Assembly (NCBI GenBank): GCA_963924565.1
Contig: OZ004611.1
Span: 29,760,001-29,824,000 of the forward strand
Direction of reading: 5' to 3'
DNA from: Ascidiella aspersa
Taxonomy: Eukaryota
DNA length: 64,000 nucleotides
The notes under the pieces were generated by a model. It was given only the letters and a program-made list of their open reading frames with translations, had not been told where the DNA came from and did not search any database. A program made the position numbers and the translations under genes. Shown here in pieces: positions 46,761-61,242 of the stretch (position 1 is its first letter; every line of letters starts with the position of its first letter).

Positions 46761-49700
46761 ATGACAACAGCAGATGTCTTGACAACATTTCAAGAACAAT
46801 CTGATATGTTGGAACTGCTTAACCGGTAATTAAATTATTCATAATAGCTATTGTGACATCTGGAAAGAATACCCTATAATGACAAGATGTTTTGCATAAC
46901 ACAGTATTACTTTGTAATAACCAAAGACCATATTAAATCTTTGTTTTATATCTGTTTCACATTTAAATTAGTAAAACTATATTGTTTGCTAACAAATTTG
47001 ACGCCATTAATTAATATGCATACTTTTTGCGAAAAAGTTTTTCAATAAATATCCTGTATATCTATTAAATCAGGGGTGGGCAACGTGCGACCCGCCTTTT
47101 TCCATTTTTTTGCTGCCCTTTACCTTCTTCCAGCTATTTTTCCCTAAATAATGCTTTTAGTGTGCACCATGTTGAGACTTTTGCTCTATCAGTTTCCTAT
47201 TTGAAGTGCGATGTAACCCACAGGCTACACCGCTATACTAATGTAGTTGAACTCGAATGGGAAGCATCTGTTACAAAACAATCTTGATTCATAAAGTTTT
47301 ACTTGTGTCACTGGTACGTCTGGTACGTTCAGGGTGTAACAGACTTTTGCCACGCATATTGACTGAGGTGTTTAATGACTGGTTTTGAATTAAGACTGTT
47401 AATTAAATTGTACTGAGCCGATCCGTACGAGAAAGGCTTCATTTAAATTGTAGAAAAAGTTTTTCCGAATCCACAAGTAGACAGCACCGACAAAACTGCC
47501 GAAGCTGCAGCCTAGTAGCTCATTACTTTTTCTAGTAAAAATTGAAAATATTAATTAGTGTTTATTTGATGTGCGGCCCTCCGATAAGCATTAAACTGGC
47601 CCTTGTGTTAAAACGGTTTCCTACCCCTGCATTAATTGCTTGCGATGTGATGGTATATTTAAGTGTACCTTGACTGAGTTCTTTAGGCTGAATCCCCACC
47701 GGTTAGACAAAAACGCTTTAAAGCAGACTGATCGCGACTAATGAGATGGAACGCTATTTCTTTTGTTGTCGCGTCTCCACCGACCAGACTTGACGCAAAT
47801 CTTACGCACAGCAGACAGACACGACTAAACGCGTTTTTAGCGAGATAGCGCGTGCACTACTTTTTTACCGTGTCTGAAGATGCTTTTTGATAGAAACCAT
47901 TAGTTTTTTACGGGTTTTTGTAGGTTTCATATTAGGAATGTTATTTTAAAAGGTTAAGCCGGTTATTTTTTTTAATTCCAATAAAACTATATTCCTGGAA
48001 AGGTCGAAAAGCCTTTTAATTCGTATCTTTCTTTTCCATGTATGATTTTACCAGCTTGACTAGTTCAAAAAACAATTTTGAAGACACCCTTGCATACTTT
48101 TGAAACTTATCTTTATGTTTTAATAAAGTGTGAAAAAGTACATGGAAAGAAAACTCTATACCTTTTTTTAACAAACAAAGTATACCCACTACTTGTGTTG
48201 TCGCATAAACTGCTGGTTACGTTTCCAAATACACATTTCTTCCAAAATTTACACGTTATTTGCCTCCGCAATGATCACAACTGAATTATATAGCCTAGCT
48301 TTGACCAGTTCAAGTTTCGCGCGCTTTGTCGGTGGGGATTGGTTTTTTTAGCTGTGAAAATATGAAATTTACCAACCCTGCCATTACACTGTAATTAGAA
48401 GAACATGTGCCACTGACGGTTTCATATTTTAAGAAAGCACCATAATTGTTTAAAGAAACGGGCAGGCAATTGTATACCCACTTGCTATTTAGGCATATAG
48501 AAAGCGCAGTAGCCACCTTATACTTTTAGATGCATTATGACAACCACTTTGTCTTTCTTGTTTGAAATAAATGCAGGTTTAGGGTTGAAATATGTTGACA
48601 TTTTTTTTTTATAATCCAGTATTCCACTTTGAGCATAAATGTTCAGTATTAGTTGTTGTCAACAAAACGTTTCTATGCAGCATAACTTATTACTGTAACG
48701 GTTGTAGGAGTAATCTCTAAATCACTTAAGTCGCCCCTGGTGTATATTCTAAACTTCAAAGAGTCCATCACTTGAAAAAAACTTCGGAAAACATAAGTTT
48801 TTATCTATTTGCCCCAATTTAAGTCATATGCAAAACTAAACAGGACGACCTATTCTACAAAAAGCTGTGCCGGTCATCAAACCGTTTATATTTAGGAATT
48901 TTCAATTTCTCGGCTATCTTGGCTATCATACTGGCCTCGCTATAAAAGTGAAAAAATGCAGAACCATTTGTTTAGTAGGTGTCCTGAATAAGCATTTCTA
49001 TTTTTAGTGATCGCAAGTTTGAAAAGCAATTTTGTGATGCAACGCTCAAGGCAGAAACCAAATGTTTTGATGTTCACAGAGTTGTGCTTGGTCTTACGTC
49101 AGTATTCTTTAGAAATCTCTTTAGAACCGAGGTAAGTTAATATAGAAATATGAAAAAGGCATTTTGGTGAACTATGTAATGCATTGTATCGTTATGTGCA
49201 CTTTTAAGATAAATAGATTGACTAATTTAATTCTTGTGTGTTAACATAATTATTTAGTGTGCTTTGTGGAATGTCCTGTTTATTCCTGACCTACCTGCTA
49301 GTGTTTTGCAGTGTTTTGTTTTTTAAATAAATATGTGTTTTTAATTTCATAAACTGAATGATGAACTAACACACATAATATAATTTCACATAATGTGATC
49401 TCATGTTACTGTTTAGTTGAAAGAAAAAAATGCTGCTGTGATTGAAATTAAAATGACAGATGAACAACTGGAGAGACTTTTAAATTGCATTTACACTAAT
49501 GATGCACAGATTACAAATGAGAATGCATTGGAATTGCATGAAGATGCTGACTACACACAAACCGGATGTATTTATATTAATTAATATTATCGATTTTAAT
49601 TTATAATTTTCTTTGCCTAATATAAAGTTAATAAATTCACAGAATAGTTTAAATTGGAGTAATGTGCGGTATACGATTTTAACTGTATAAATATTAACAA

Positions 49701-52700
49701 CAGTCTCTGAATTAGGTTTTATACGATTATTGTTTGACATGGCCTGGTTTGGTTATTTAATTAAAAACTTTGAACACCATATTGTTTTTTATAGTTCTTA
49801 AATTGAAATGTGCCAAGTACATCTTGCAAATGGTGGATGTTGATAATTGCTTGGAAATAATGGCTTATGCTCAACGCTACAACCTCACAGAAATTGAGGA
49901 AAGAGCAAAAGAAGTGATACTTGACAACTTTAAAGCTGTTGTACAACAAGATGATTTTAAACAACTGGATTTTTACTCTATGTCTGCGATAATCAATCAT
50001 GAACATGCTAAAGTAAGTGAAGTGTCACACATTGTTTGCTAAATTTTGTAGTACAAATAGGATTTTATTCAATATAATTTTTAAAATCAAAACACAATAA
50101 CATCTTAAAACAACAATTTATCTAAATACTCAGTAATATCCACGATGGAATTGAATATTAGTTGGAAAAAGCCACAAACCTTTTTAGAATAAGTCCTAAA
50201 ATTATGGGAATAAAGTCTAAATGGACAAAATAACCCTTTAACCGGTAGCAAGAAGACATGGAAAATTTTGGGACATCGGTCTGTGGTATCAGCCGTTGGT
50301 GTCCATGTTTGTATGCCCTAGTTTCAATTGCGCCTCATCGCTCCGCTGTTATGGCACCGGATTGTTTGACCCTGTTCAGTGTTAGTATTGAGTAATGGGT
50401 GGGGTAGACATTATAAATTAGGTTTCATTAAAGTTTATGTGTAGTTTGTGGTAAAGTAAGGGGTGTGGTTCCAGGTTAGGTAAAAAATTGTACATTAACC
50501 TTATTTTGGTCATTTAGGCCTCATTTTGACAACTTTAGGACTAATTCCGATTTAGGAATTATTAAAACTATTAGGTATTAGTCCTATTTTGGTCTTTTTC
50601 CTAACTCAACTTTGTTTTATTCAGGCGTTCTTGTTGTTTTTGCCCTTATGGCTGGAGTCCTTTTTAATAACGAAATATCTAAAAAGCCTTCAGTGAGGTT
50701 CAAACTCACGACCTCCGGTCATACCTTGACCGTCGCTCTATCAACTGAGCTACACAGGCTCAGGGGAAGCGAGTCGAGGAAACAACCATAAGGCAATGCT
50801 TGCTACAATCTGTTAGTACAAGCCATATCATTATTCAATGAAAGATGCACATGCACATATGTGTTACCAACTATAATCTAGCGGCTGGATTCTAGCCCTT
50901 TCTGAAAATTATAAACAAAGAGATGATATAAATAGAAGCTTAATAAAAAAATAGAACTATAATATAAAATATCTTCATATTTAGATCACTTTAGCGAGTG
51001 TTACACTTGGAATTACAAACCTGAAGTAAATCAGACCAAAAGTTTAGTTAAAGTAGTTTTAGATGTTAGCTGACCTTATTTTCTCCATTTTTACTTACAA
51101 CAAATTACAGTTTCCTTATTGAGTTTCAAAATAGTAATTAGGCGATGAATGGAAGCCTAAATCAAACTTCGGTTAGTTGTGCATAATTATGGAATACATC
51201 TGAACATTTTTGCCTATTTAAATATAAGAGGTTCGCAAGAACGAAAAGTTTTGGGAACCACTGCCCTAAATATATTACAAATTGTCTGTCAACAACTATA
51301 GAATTTATTGTTTTATTGCTGTAGTGTATACTTTGTCTTTTTGTTATTTGATGTAGGGACAAGAAGAATCTATTTTCACTGGAATTATTCATTGGGTTTA
51401 CTTCAATCTTCCCAGTCGTGGGGAACATTTTGTGAACCTCTTCTCTCAACTTGACCTTTCAAGACTTTCTGGTGAATTCTTGCAGACCAGTGTTATTGAC
51501 GAGGTTGGTTAAGTTGTTTAAAATGACTTAAATTCACTAGCTTTACATTACAAAAAATCTGGTTTATTGAACTTTTTAAATGCGATCTTCCAGTCTATGT
51601 GCTTAGCAAATGCAGTTAATGAGAAATGCCAGAAACCTTTTATTAATCTAATACTTTGCTTTTTTATGTGTCATCTGTTGTGTTGTTTTAATCTAAGTAA
51701 CAACTATTAAAATGAAAAAACCCTGGTTGAGATTTTCTCCATTTTGAATGTGTCCCATCATGTTCCACATTATCCTGCTTTAATTTACTAATTTATTAAT
51801 GGGTTTCAGTTCTAATTTGAATTCTATCCCTAGTCTGTCTCTCGCATTAAAAACAAAATAAAATGAATTTGTGAATGTAACATTATAACTATGTTTTAGA
51901 CACTTGTTCGTCAGAATTTTGCTTGCTGTCATGCTGTGATGGATGTGATGAAAAATTTTCTTACAAAATCCCAACCCAAATCTCAAGGTCACTATTAATT
52001 TATCATCACTATAAATGACTTTTATTATGAATCTGATGGCAAAAATTAGTGTCCTATATAGCGTGGCTACATGCAGCTTATACCACCAGCATTGACACAT
52101 ATATACTTTTGGCAAAGGTTTTCCAATCTGATTCATTTATTTTCTATGTTAAAGTTGATATAAAGAAGATGTAAACTTACGAACTTTCATTTAATTGTGA
52201 AACAGAAGATTGGTACAATCTTATCAGTAATATTTTTGAAATGTAGTTGTCAAACAAATATGCTGTATACTTTTGATATGTAATGTGTTAGGCACCATAA
52301 CTCAAAAGCTGTTAGCCTTAGTAACAATAAACTCGTTAGGCTGTCCAATGTCCGTTTTTAAATGTATAGAAGAAATATATCTAAATTTATGTTAATATTT
52401 GTTTTTAGAATTATGTTACTCCCAAGCAGAAGAATCGACGAAGATTCTGATAGTTGGAGGTTCCAATTCAAAGAAGCAATGTGTTCTAATTGATGTAGTA
52501 ACTAAGCAAAAAGAAGCATTGCCGGTAAATAATGGTATATAATTGCTGTGTATTTATAAACATGTATCTTAGTATCAATACATAGTTTAAAAAAAAGTTA
52601 AATGAAAATTTATACTGTGAACTTAAATGCAGATTACATTATTTAGGCCAGGGTGGTCCAAACCCAGGCCCGCGGGTCACAAAATAATGACCCTTTAACA

Positions 52701-55700
52701 GAAACCCAGGCCCGACATCATTGTTCGTGGTCCGCGAAGCACTGTTGAATTATTACAATGCGTCCTTTGAGGGTTTATTCAAAGAAAGCTAAGCATACTG
52801 CAATTGTTAGGTTATGATCACATTTTTCCGGTTATACCTTAAATAAAACAGTTCCTATCGCTCCCTAATTTCGGATACAGAGGCTGGCAAGAACGCCGAA
52901 TTTTGGTAAGTGTTAGACCGGTTTAAGAAAAGTCGCAGAACGTCGTAAATGGAACTTTTTGAAATGCTGTTCTGCGAACTTATACGATATATTTGCGTTT
53001 TGAAGTAAATGTACGATAAAATATATCGCGCTGCCAGAACAAATTGTTTTACAGGTTTTTACTGTGACGTTCGGGCGTCTTCCAAGATGCAATTTCAGCC
53101 AAATTGGTCTGGTTAAAACCTTTTTGCGTGAAACGATAACGTCTTTTTTATTTAGCAATTGCGGTATGCAAGATATCCTTAAAATTTTAGTAAGATACGC
53201 ACACGGTTTCCGCGAACATTCTATGCTTATAAAATGCAGTCTTCTAAATTAAAAGTTTTGTCATATACGCAAATTTTTCGTGCTTCGCGCACCATTTTCC
53301 CCAGTCTCATAACATTGACGACAGAAGCAAGTTTTTCGAGCTTATGTTTTTCGATGTTGCCTTGTGACGTCATCTTTAGACATGCATGCAGCCTACTTTA
53401 TGTGGCCCGCGATGCAGTCAACCTTGAATAATGAACGTTTGAAGGTCGACGACGTAAACGGCCTCTGCTATAATCAATCTCAAACGAACGCATTATTATG
53501 ACAACAACAACAAAAACTAGTCCGCCTGTTTTCTATTTTACTTTTTCCATGTGACCAGTTATGTAATTTCAGTACTCAACTTTTGATAGCCGTTAATAGT
53601 TTGTTATCCAACTATTTAAGCGCGTTTAATGTGGTATTCGGGTTATTATTCGGTGGTAAACTTGAAATTTAGCCAATGAAATTTGATATACGTGATTTTT
53701 CCTGATTGTGTGTTAGTTTTCATTTACGGTCTAATTGTGGCGTTTCACCCGACATATGTTTGTTTATTTTCAGCAACCGATCGTGCCAGTTTATTGCGCG
53801 GTGGCGGTGAAGTTTAAGAACAAGGTTTTCGTCTTTGGAGGATTTGGTGAAAACAGTAAAAGTTGCCAAATGTTTGACCTCTTCGATCAAACTTGGACAA
53901 CTTTGGCCAATATGCCAGCAGGTCGACATAATGCTGCTTGTGCTGTATTACATGGTGAGAAAGAACTATGACGTATTTAAAACAGGGTGGTCCACGGTTG
54001 CAAGAATAAAGGACCGCAAAACTTTTTGAGGTAGCCTTGCGGGCCTCAGTCCGAAACCCCAAAGTAATCAATAAACTGCAAATTCTTACTTTAATTATAT
54101 TAAATAATGCAAGTTAAGCGTTTTTATCAGCCCCAAATAGGAGATCGTGTTTTTTGTTTGAATAAGTTACCTTCCAGTTGTTTTAAAATGCTTCCCGAGA
54201 AGTACCTGATGTAATTTCCGTTAATTTTCCGTTTTCCTCATGTTTGGTGTTGTAATGTCGGTTCATATTAAACTCTTTCGGACTTTACCATTGGTGCCGG
54301 CAAATAAATAAGTTTTCCTCGAGTTAGAATTGAACACTCGTTTTTTCTCTGTCACCTTTCTTTTGAGATTCATTTTTTGAAGAATTGTTGTACTTGGCTA
54401 ATTTTATAACTTTTAGCCTAAGTCAAACAACACCCTATCCTGTCTGAGTTTAAATATAGGCTGTCGCCCGCGGTATGTTAACTGTGTTCAAACCCACACG
54501 ACCTCTAATGAAAACTAACTTTATACCATTGTTACGTCATAAATACCAAAAACAGCTGTTTACTGCATATCATGATGTAACCTTTGGTAACGAATTGTAG
54601 CCTACTTCTAGAAAACGTGGCGCTCGTTCGGCAACTGAATGAATGAATGCAACTGTAAAAAATTTATGTAAACTGAAATTATTATGCTGCCCGCGTGCCA
54701 GAGTTTGGACCACCCGGATTTAAAAGGATAAACATGTCTGAAGTATTTTGCAAATTTGCACAATGTTTTCCAACTGTTTTACTATTTCGTCGATCACTTC
54801 GCTGATTTACGAAAAAAATCGAAAAAAAATCGCTTAACGAAAAAATGAATAACAGCTAGGTATTTCATTGACACACTTTTGTAGTTCAAACGAACAAAGT
54901 ACGACAATCAAGATTGCAAATTAAATTATTTGTGCCAAGTAAAAAATGTTCTGGTAATAAAATAGGAAAACACTTTTCCTAGTTAGCGCATGGACAAGCA
55001 TAAATGACTGTCAGTCACCGAGTTAAGCTGTTTCGCAAAATTCCAAACCCAAATACCCGGCACAGTGCATTACTCGGCCGGGTCGAGTACTTATCTTAGA
55101 AGCGTATTTTCGTACCTAACATTCCTTGTGATTTTCTGCAAATTATTTTTCCTTAAAATATGTCAGTTTTATAGCGTAACCATATGTTATATTAAAGGCT
55201 GGGGAGACTACTAATAAAGTGGCAATTTTTTGTTCTCTCCTATAGATATAGTTGATATCCTATGAATAAACACTATTCTATAAAGTTCGCCAATTTTGTG
55301 ACAAATGTATTGTTTTTTTTCTCATTTTCGTTTATTCAAATTATGTGTTCCAAAATGTCATTGTTTTAATCGTAATATGACGAAATATAATGTATTAACA
55401 AATAACCGAGTACAATATTTGGACAATATACATAACAATTTACCCATAAGTTTGGCTTTTCGTTGTTGGTTTTATTTATCTGTTCAAAGCTTCCGTTTTA
55501 AAATATAAATATTTTTGCTTTGAACCCAGGTTTGGTCTACGTCACCGGTGGTCTTGATAGCAACAACAACAACAGGCAACGATCAACTTGTATGATCTAC
55601 GACCCCGACAACAATTCCTGGAGCAAGGGGCTAAACTTGATGCAACCTAAATATAACCACGCAATTGTCGAATTCGAAGGTAAGGATGAAAGTTGACTTT

Positions 55701-58609
55701 ACCTTCGCTATCAGCTGTTTGCGGGTGTTTCTAAATTTCTATGATAAAAGCACTGTAACGTAAACATAAAAATATGTCTTTGTTGCCGTAACGTATAGGA
55801 GCTGAATTATGTTTTCGCAAACTCTGGTTAAAACAGATTAATACTCTCGATGTTATGGTTATTATAAGGTTAGAATATCTGGTGAGTAACTTTGCTCAAA
55901 CAGTTTAATGGCTTACGAGCAATTTTAAGGCAACTGCGCTTCGTATGACGTCACTAATTAACGCAATGTTTTTTTCACTAATTAACGCAATGTTTTTTTT
56001 TATCGAATAAATTTAAGTCAAAAAATCATTTTTTTTAATTTATTGTTCAATTTTTATATTCAAAGTCATTTTAACCGCATTGAATCTTCATTAGAGCAAT
56101 ATACGGTATAAAAAACGTGTGAATATTGTTATTTAAATCAATGTATTTCTAACAGGATAAAATTTTGTCAAAATAAATTATTTTTAGGTCAAATTTTTTT
56201 TATAAACTTGTGTGTTGAGTTTTATATGTTTTTGCTAGGTTCACTTTTTGTTATTGGCGGATGGAATGGTTCAACACGCCTTAACTCATGCGAGAAGTTC
56301 TTGGATAATCAATGGTCAGCAATTCAACCCATGAATGAAGCTAGAGGAGGTGTTTCAGTTGCTGTGTTTCAAGGAAACATTTACGCAACTTGTGGCTTCC
56401 ATGGTAATTGTATTGTTTACCTTCTTGAATAAACATTCGATGGGCTTGTAATATATTCTAATCTAAGGCAACCAACCATCTCAAAATTAACTGTTTTTAC
56501 TGAGTTGTTTCGTAACTTATCAGGAAATATTGTAAAACAGATCAGAAGAAAGTTTTTGTTTAAATAAAAGTTGTTTGTTTAAATTAAAGTTTACCCGAAA
56601 TTGAGACGTCGGCACAACGTTATCTTAAACAAAACTAAAATATATTATTAGGATGTTTTAAAACGAATGTTGCGAAAATAACTCTAAACTTTCCAAAATT
56701 CTGTTAATAAACCACAATGAAAATTATCCCAAAATGAATATGGAAGGGTCCTGGAGCTTTTAACATTGTGAGCCCACTTGCAAAATAACGACACAAAATG
56801 TGTTTACGAAGTTATGCGTGGGTCACTGGGTAATGGCGGCTGTTTACCCCCTCTCGGTAATCCTGAACGTTTCCTAATTAACAAACCGCACAAGAGAGGT
56901 AATGAGGAACTTAATATTGCGCAACAAGTGCCCAGCTAACAACTGTTCAGTGTATAAAGTAGATATCACGTCACATTAGGTCAACTTGTACTTTGAACTG
57001 GGGATGTCCGATACTTGACATTATATTCCGATAGCGCTAGCCGATATTTTCATTTATTAGAATTTTAAACTTCATTTTATTTGATTTAGCGTTTAAAAGT
57101 TTAGTTACTTTATGTTGTCTCATTTAATTAGTTTTGTTGTTTGCATTTCAAGGTAGAAACGGCTACGTTGAATAAAAAAATCATGGCTGAAATTCCTGTA
57201 ATACTTTGGTATCGGGTCGGAACCGATACGATTGTAGTATCGGACGAGTGCCGATACTATCGTTTGCATCGGCTATTGACTCCCATCCTAAATTATTGGA
57301 CATCCTTGCTCTCTACACTTTCAATACATATTTCGTTTGCCAGCTCATTCCAATATATTTAACGCGAAAAATGTAACGGTAACCCAAGAAATCAAAATGT
57401 AAAATTTAACGTAAGGTAGGTGATCATTACTCGTCAAAAAAGTCACAATTTTGGAAAATATTACACGTTAAGTCAAAAGTTGTCAATTATTTCAAAATCG
57501 TTTAAAAAGCACCAACATTGTTTACAAAACTAACAAATATACAATGAAAATCTTAGCTTAGGTATTGGGTATATAAACTAATAGGTAACTGGACGAAGAC
57601 AACGCATTTTTTCTAAATATTTTAATTGTATATGTACTCAAATTCACATTATCTTGTACGTGACAGTTAGTTGTGTTTTCTTAGTGAGCCCCCTTTCTTT
57701 TGCACCCCTTGCTCGCCCAACACTCCTCCTTGGGGCGCGACCCAAGTTCAACAACAACAAAAACGGTTTAGACCAATGATGTCTAACTATAGTTGCGAAA
57801 ATCAACGATACCCGTTTCAGTTGGGTTTCATTTTTAAATTAATTGTTCTTTTACATAAAGAAGGTTTTGTTCAAACTTTACCACTTGTTTTTATTCCCAG
57901 CTTTAACCACAGTAGAAAAATACGACCCCAAAAGCCACTCGTGGACTCAAGTTCGACCCACCAACGTTGGACGGTCCCGCCATGCAACTTGTGTGTTGCA
58001 AGGAAAGCTCTATGTTATTTGCGGGTGAGGATTCCGAAGAAAAAACAATATTCTTCCTATTTTAAAAGATAAATATTAACTTGAACTTATATAATAGTTT
58101 GTTGTGAGCTGAGGGGATTTATTTTGCATTTTCATCATTTTAAATATTTATTGCCAAACTGAAATCAAGCTTTAAAATTTGAGAAGTTACGTGGCTGATC
58201 GCTCGAAGTGCATATTAAGTTAAAATTAAAACAAACAAACAAGTAAAAATACAACAATTTATTAGTTAACACTATTATTAAACACAAAGGTAAGTTGTAG
58301 TATCATTTAAAATTGAAATGCTTTAGTATTTGGTCGCAATCTCGATGTGGCATGCATTTTTGCTTCGTGTTTATTGTTTTTTCTACATATTTAACCGATT
58401 GTTTCTGATTTATGCTTACCATTATTTTACCATATTTCCTATAACAAAACTTTTTGTTTTGTTTTAAAAATTGTTTATATCGTTGCGGTACATCTTGTTA
58501 CAGATTTTACAATAAAACAGTGGAAGTTTACGACCCGCAAGAAAACAAGTGGACCGTTTGTTTCCACACTGATGATTTTGCCTCCTCTAGTTGCATTGTT
58601 GCAGTTTGA
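46761..58609 (+). CDS. Kelch-like protein (BTB-BACK-Kelch), 12 coding exons
   Basis: GT-AG exons 46761-46825, 49008-49131, ~49417-49567, 49795-50012, 51357-51503, 51900-51987, 52410-52525, 53774-53954, 55530-55679, 56239-56403, 57901-58025 and 58505-58609 join in frame. Motifs FCDATL..HRVVL (BTB), NCLEI (BACK) and GG..W kelch repeats. Confidence 0.9.
47071..47629. mobile_element. hAT-type MITE (intronic)
   Basis: CAGGGGTGGGCAAC...CCTACCCCTG termini. Confidence 0.7.
47686..48342. mobile_element. Harbinger MITE, second copy, 3'-truncated
   Basis: Highly similar to 10080-10737. Confidence 0.85.
50180..50660. mobile_element. Inverted copy of the GGACTCCAGCCATAAG repeat
   Basis: Ends CTTATGGCTGGAGTCC; TTTAGG..ATTCCGA subrepeats. 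Confidence 0.6.
50685..50760 (-). repeat. tRNA-derived sequence (SINE-like or pseudo-tRNA)
   Basis: A box TAGCTCAGTTGATAGAGC, B box GAGTTTGAACCTC, AGCCT/AGGCT stem; non-canonical anticodon arm. Confidence 0.55.
53983..54717. mobile_element. hAT-type MITE
   Basis: CAGGGTGGTCCA / TGGACCACCCGG termini; TSD ATTTAAAA. Confidence 0.8.
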
Positions 58610-59086
58610 ATTGCACAGACATTTGCTAATTCCACAAAGTTTTTTAGCGTCCACTGTCCAGTACCAATTTGCTTCACAGAACCAAGTGGTGCTACTTGTC
58701 AACTGTTTTTTTTTTACTTAACCTGTACAATTTTATAGGACTTAATGTGGCACACCTTTATTCAGTTATTTTTGTTTTTTATTGTTTAAATAAGTAGTTA
58801 TTTATGCTAAATTTTACAATTATGCTTGTTTTTTGTTTTAACTCCGATTGTTATTTGTATGATGCGAGTTGCGAGCCCCACCCAGTGGTGGGTTGTGTGT
58901 TCTTAACATTTTTCGTTAATAATTGTTTTACAAAAATACGATCTTCTGTAAAAAACGTTTTTCAAATCAGTTTAGATTCCTCCTTCACTTTATTTCTACT
59001 TGTTACACGGGGTTTGCGGTGCAGGACGCTCGATAAACGCTGCTTTTCCATGTCGGCTCCTCGGTCCCTGGACTCGTGTATAGGCC

Positions 59087-59438
59087 CGGGGACGCCGGAG
59101 AGGGGGGGGGGGGCGCGGGGGGGCAAGCGCCCCTCCTGCCCTTTGCTAAGGGGGGGCAAAAGTGCCCTTTTCATGAAAATGATATAGTGCTTTCACAACG
59201 TTAAATATTATTAGCTACGGAAAAGTGCAAAAAAAAATCGTAAAATTACATGGTTGACATTTGTTAAAACATTTTTGGTACAATTTTAAGCCAATCTAGA
59301 GGGCGTGGCCGCAAAAATTTTTTTCGGGGGAGTGCCCCCGGACCCCACAATATTTCGGCTCGCTACGCTCGCCTGCGCTATATGTTGCCCTTACCAAAAA
59401 AGTCGCCCCCTTGCCCTGTAATCGCACCGGCGTCCCCG
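59087..59438. mobile_element. hAT-type MITE
   Basis: TIR CGGGGACGCCGG; TSD YATAGGCC. Confidence 0.8.
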
Positions 59439-60338
59439 CATAGGCCTACCCACTCAACCAACGTTATACTGGCACCAATTGAACAATTGTAACTAGTGAG
59501 GTATTCTCTCCAATTTATGCCATTCCAACTATTGTTTTTACGATTTTTTATTAAAGCGGTCTATTGGTCTTGTTCTCTCTGTTTTTTATTAATTTTTATT
59601 GTGAAACATTTGTGCATGATTTTTTTCATAATTAAACTTTCACGTTATGTTGAAATTCTAAGTTGGAAAGTGCTGGAATCAACTTTTATGGCGTTTTTAT
59701 TTAATTTTCATGCCTGACAAATGAAAAAGACCCCGGCAGCTTCAAAAACGGGGTTTGGGGGCAAAACTGGTGAAATGACTACATTTATATCCGAAAACGT
59801 CAAAAAGGTCATATGTAAAATACTTTGTCCATATAGTAACCCCGTGGATGGTTTCTTTGCTTGTTAAACTGGATAATTCTAACCTCTGAAACCAGAAGTT
59901 TCAAAAAACACGTCTAACTCGCACGCTGACTATTTTTAAAATGGGGTGGTATTGTTGTTCGCTTACTTGTATGATATTTATTTAAACATTTGTTTACAAT
60001 AATTTATACTTGTGCAACAAACCACATTTTATGTTGAATCCAATCGAAAATAGAGCTGTAGAATGTTAGGGCTACCATATTTTCGGCACCCAAAAAGAGG
60101 ACATTTTTTTCCGGCAAGCAAAAGAAAGTAGAAGTGTTACGTTTGAGAAAAACGTGCCATTTTCACAAGAAGTGCATTCAGCTTCGATATTATGACGTCT
60201 TTTATTATTGACGTCTTTTTACAGAGATTCCCTCTTCGGCATTATAATTTATAGCTTTTTTGTTTATGGTTGTCTAAATTTAAAGAATAATAAAGAAAAA
60301 TGAAAGCATCTGCTGAGAACCACCTGTATGGTATAGAC

Positions 60339-61125
60339 CAGTGGTTCTTAACCTTTTTTCAGTCGCGAACCCCTTTCCTATGCCTGGCATTCCCCCGTAT
60401 GAAAACCAATCCGGCATTTTCAATTAAATATCACTGATAGTGTAGTTTGCGGTCGGTCGCGCGAAGCGCGAAAAAATTGAGTCTAATAATTGGTTTAATT
60501 GGCGCTAAACTGTAAATTTAGAAGGCTGTTCGCATTGGGCACACAACAAACTGCTCGTGCTCAACACATTGATTTTTATCGAGCTGATATGGACAAACGT
60601 GTTGTGAGGGCGTGTAGTCCACAGTTGTAAGGCTGTGATGTCGAGGGCACATCAAAATGTAAAGCGCAAAAATTAAACATTGCGTATAACACACAATACA
60701 ACGACAATATTGCAAAAACATTATATATTCGCGCCAAAAAAGTTTGATTCCCCCTGTTGCTAGCCTGTTATCATATATAAAATATGGATAAAAAATAGTT
60801 CGAACGGTGGATTTTTTATCGTTTACCTATAAGCTAGCAAAATTGTAATTAAATATGGCGTTACACCTTCGATTATATGAAAACATGCAATGGCACTCAA
60901 AGAGACTTTGTGCTAAAAAAATGTTAACAAAGAAGAAAGTGCAAGATTCGCGAGGAGCGCGAAACTTTTTTGCAGTTTTAATGTTAAAGTCAGAGTTTGT
61001 ACAGCGCTGTAGGAGAGGTGTACAACACAAACGACACCATTAGAATCATTGCCAAAAATGTAAATATTAACTTAAAGCTCGCGCCCCACTAATAATTGCT
61101 GGCGCCCCCGGGTTAAGAACCGCTG
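60339..61125. mobile_element. hAT-type MITE
   Basis: TIR CAGTGGTTCTTAACC; TSD STATAGAC. Confidence 0.85.
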
Positions 61126-61242
61126 CTATAGACTAACTAGACAAGCTTCTATAAGAAATAAAAACATAGCCTACCATACAGTAACAATGATAATAGGCTA
61201 GCTAGGCCTACAAAACTCACACCTTTGCTTTATTAATGGGCC

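Noticed and set aside
50685-50760. Functional tRNA gene
   Set aside because: Anticodon arm and acceptor stem are non-canonical; kept only as a tRNA-derived repeat.
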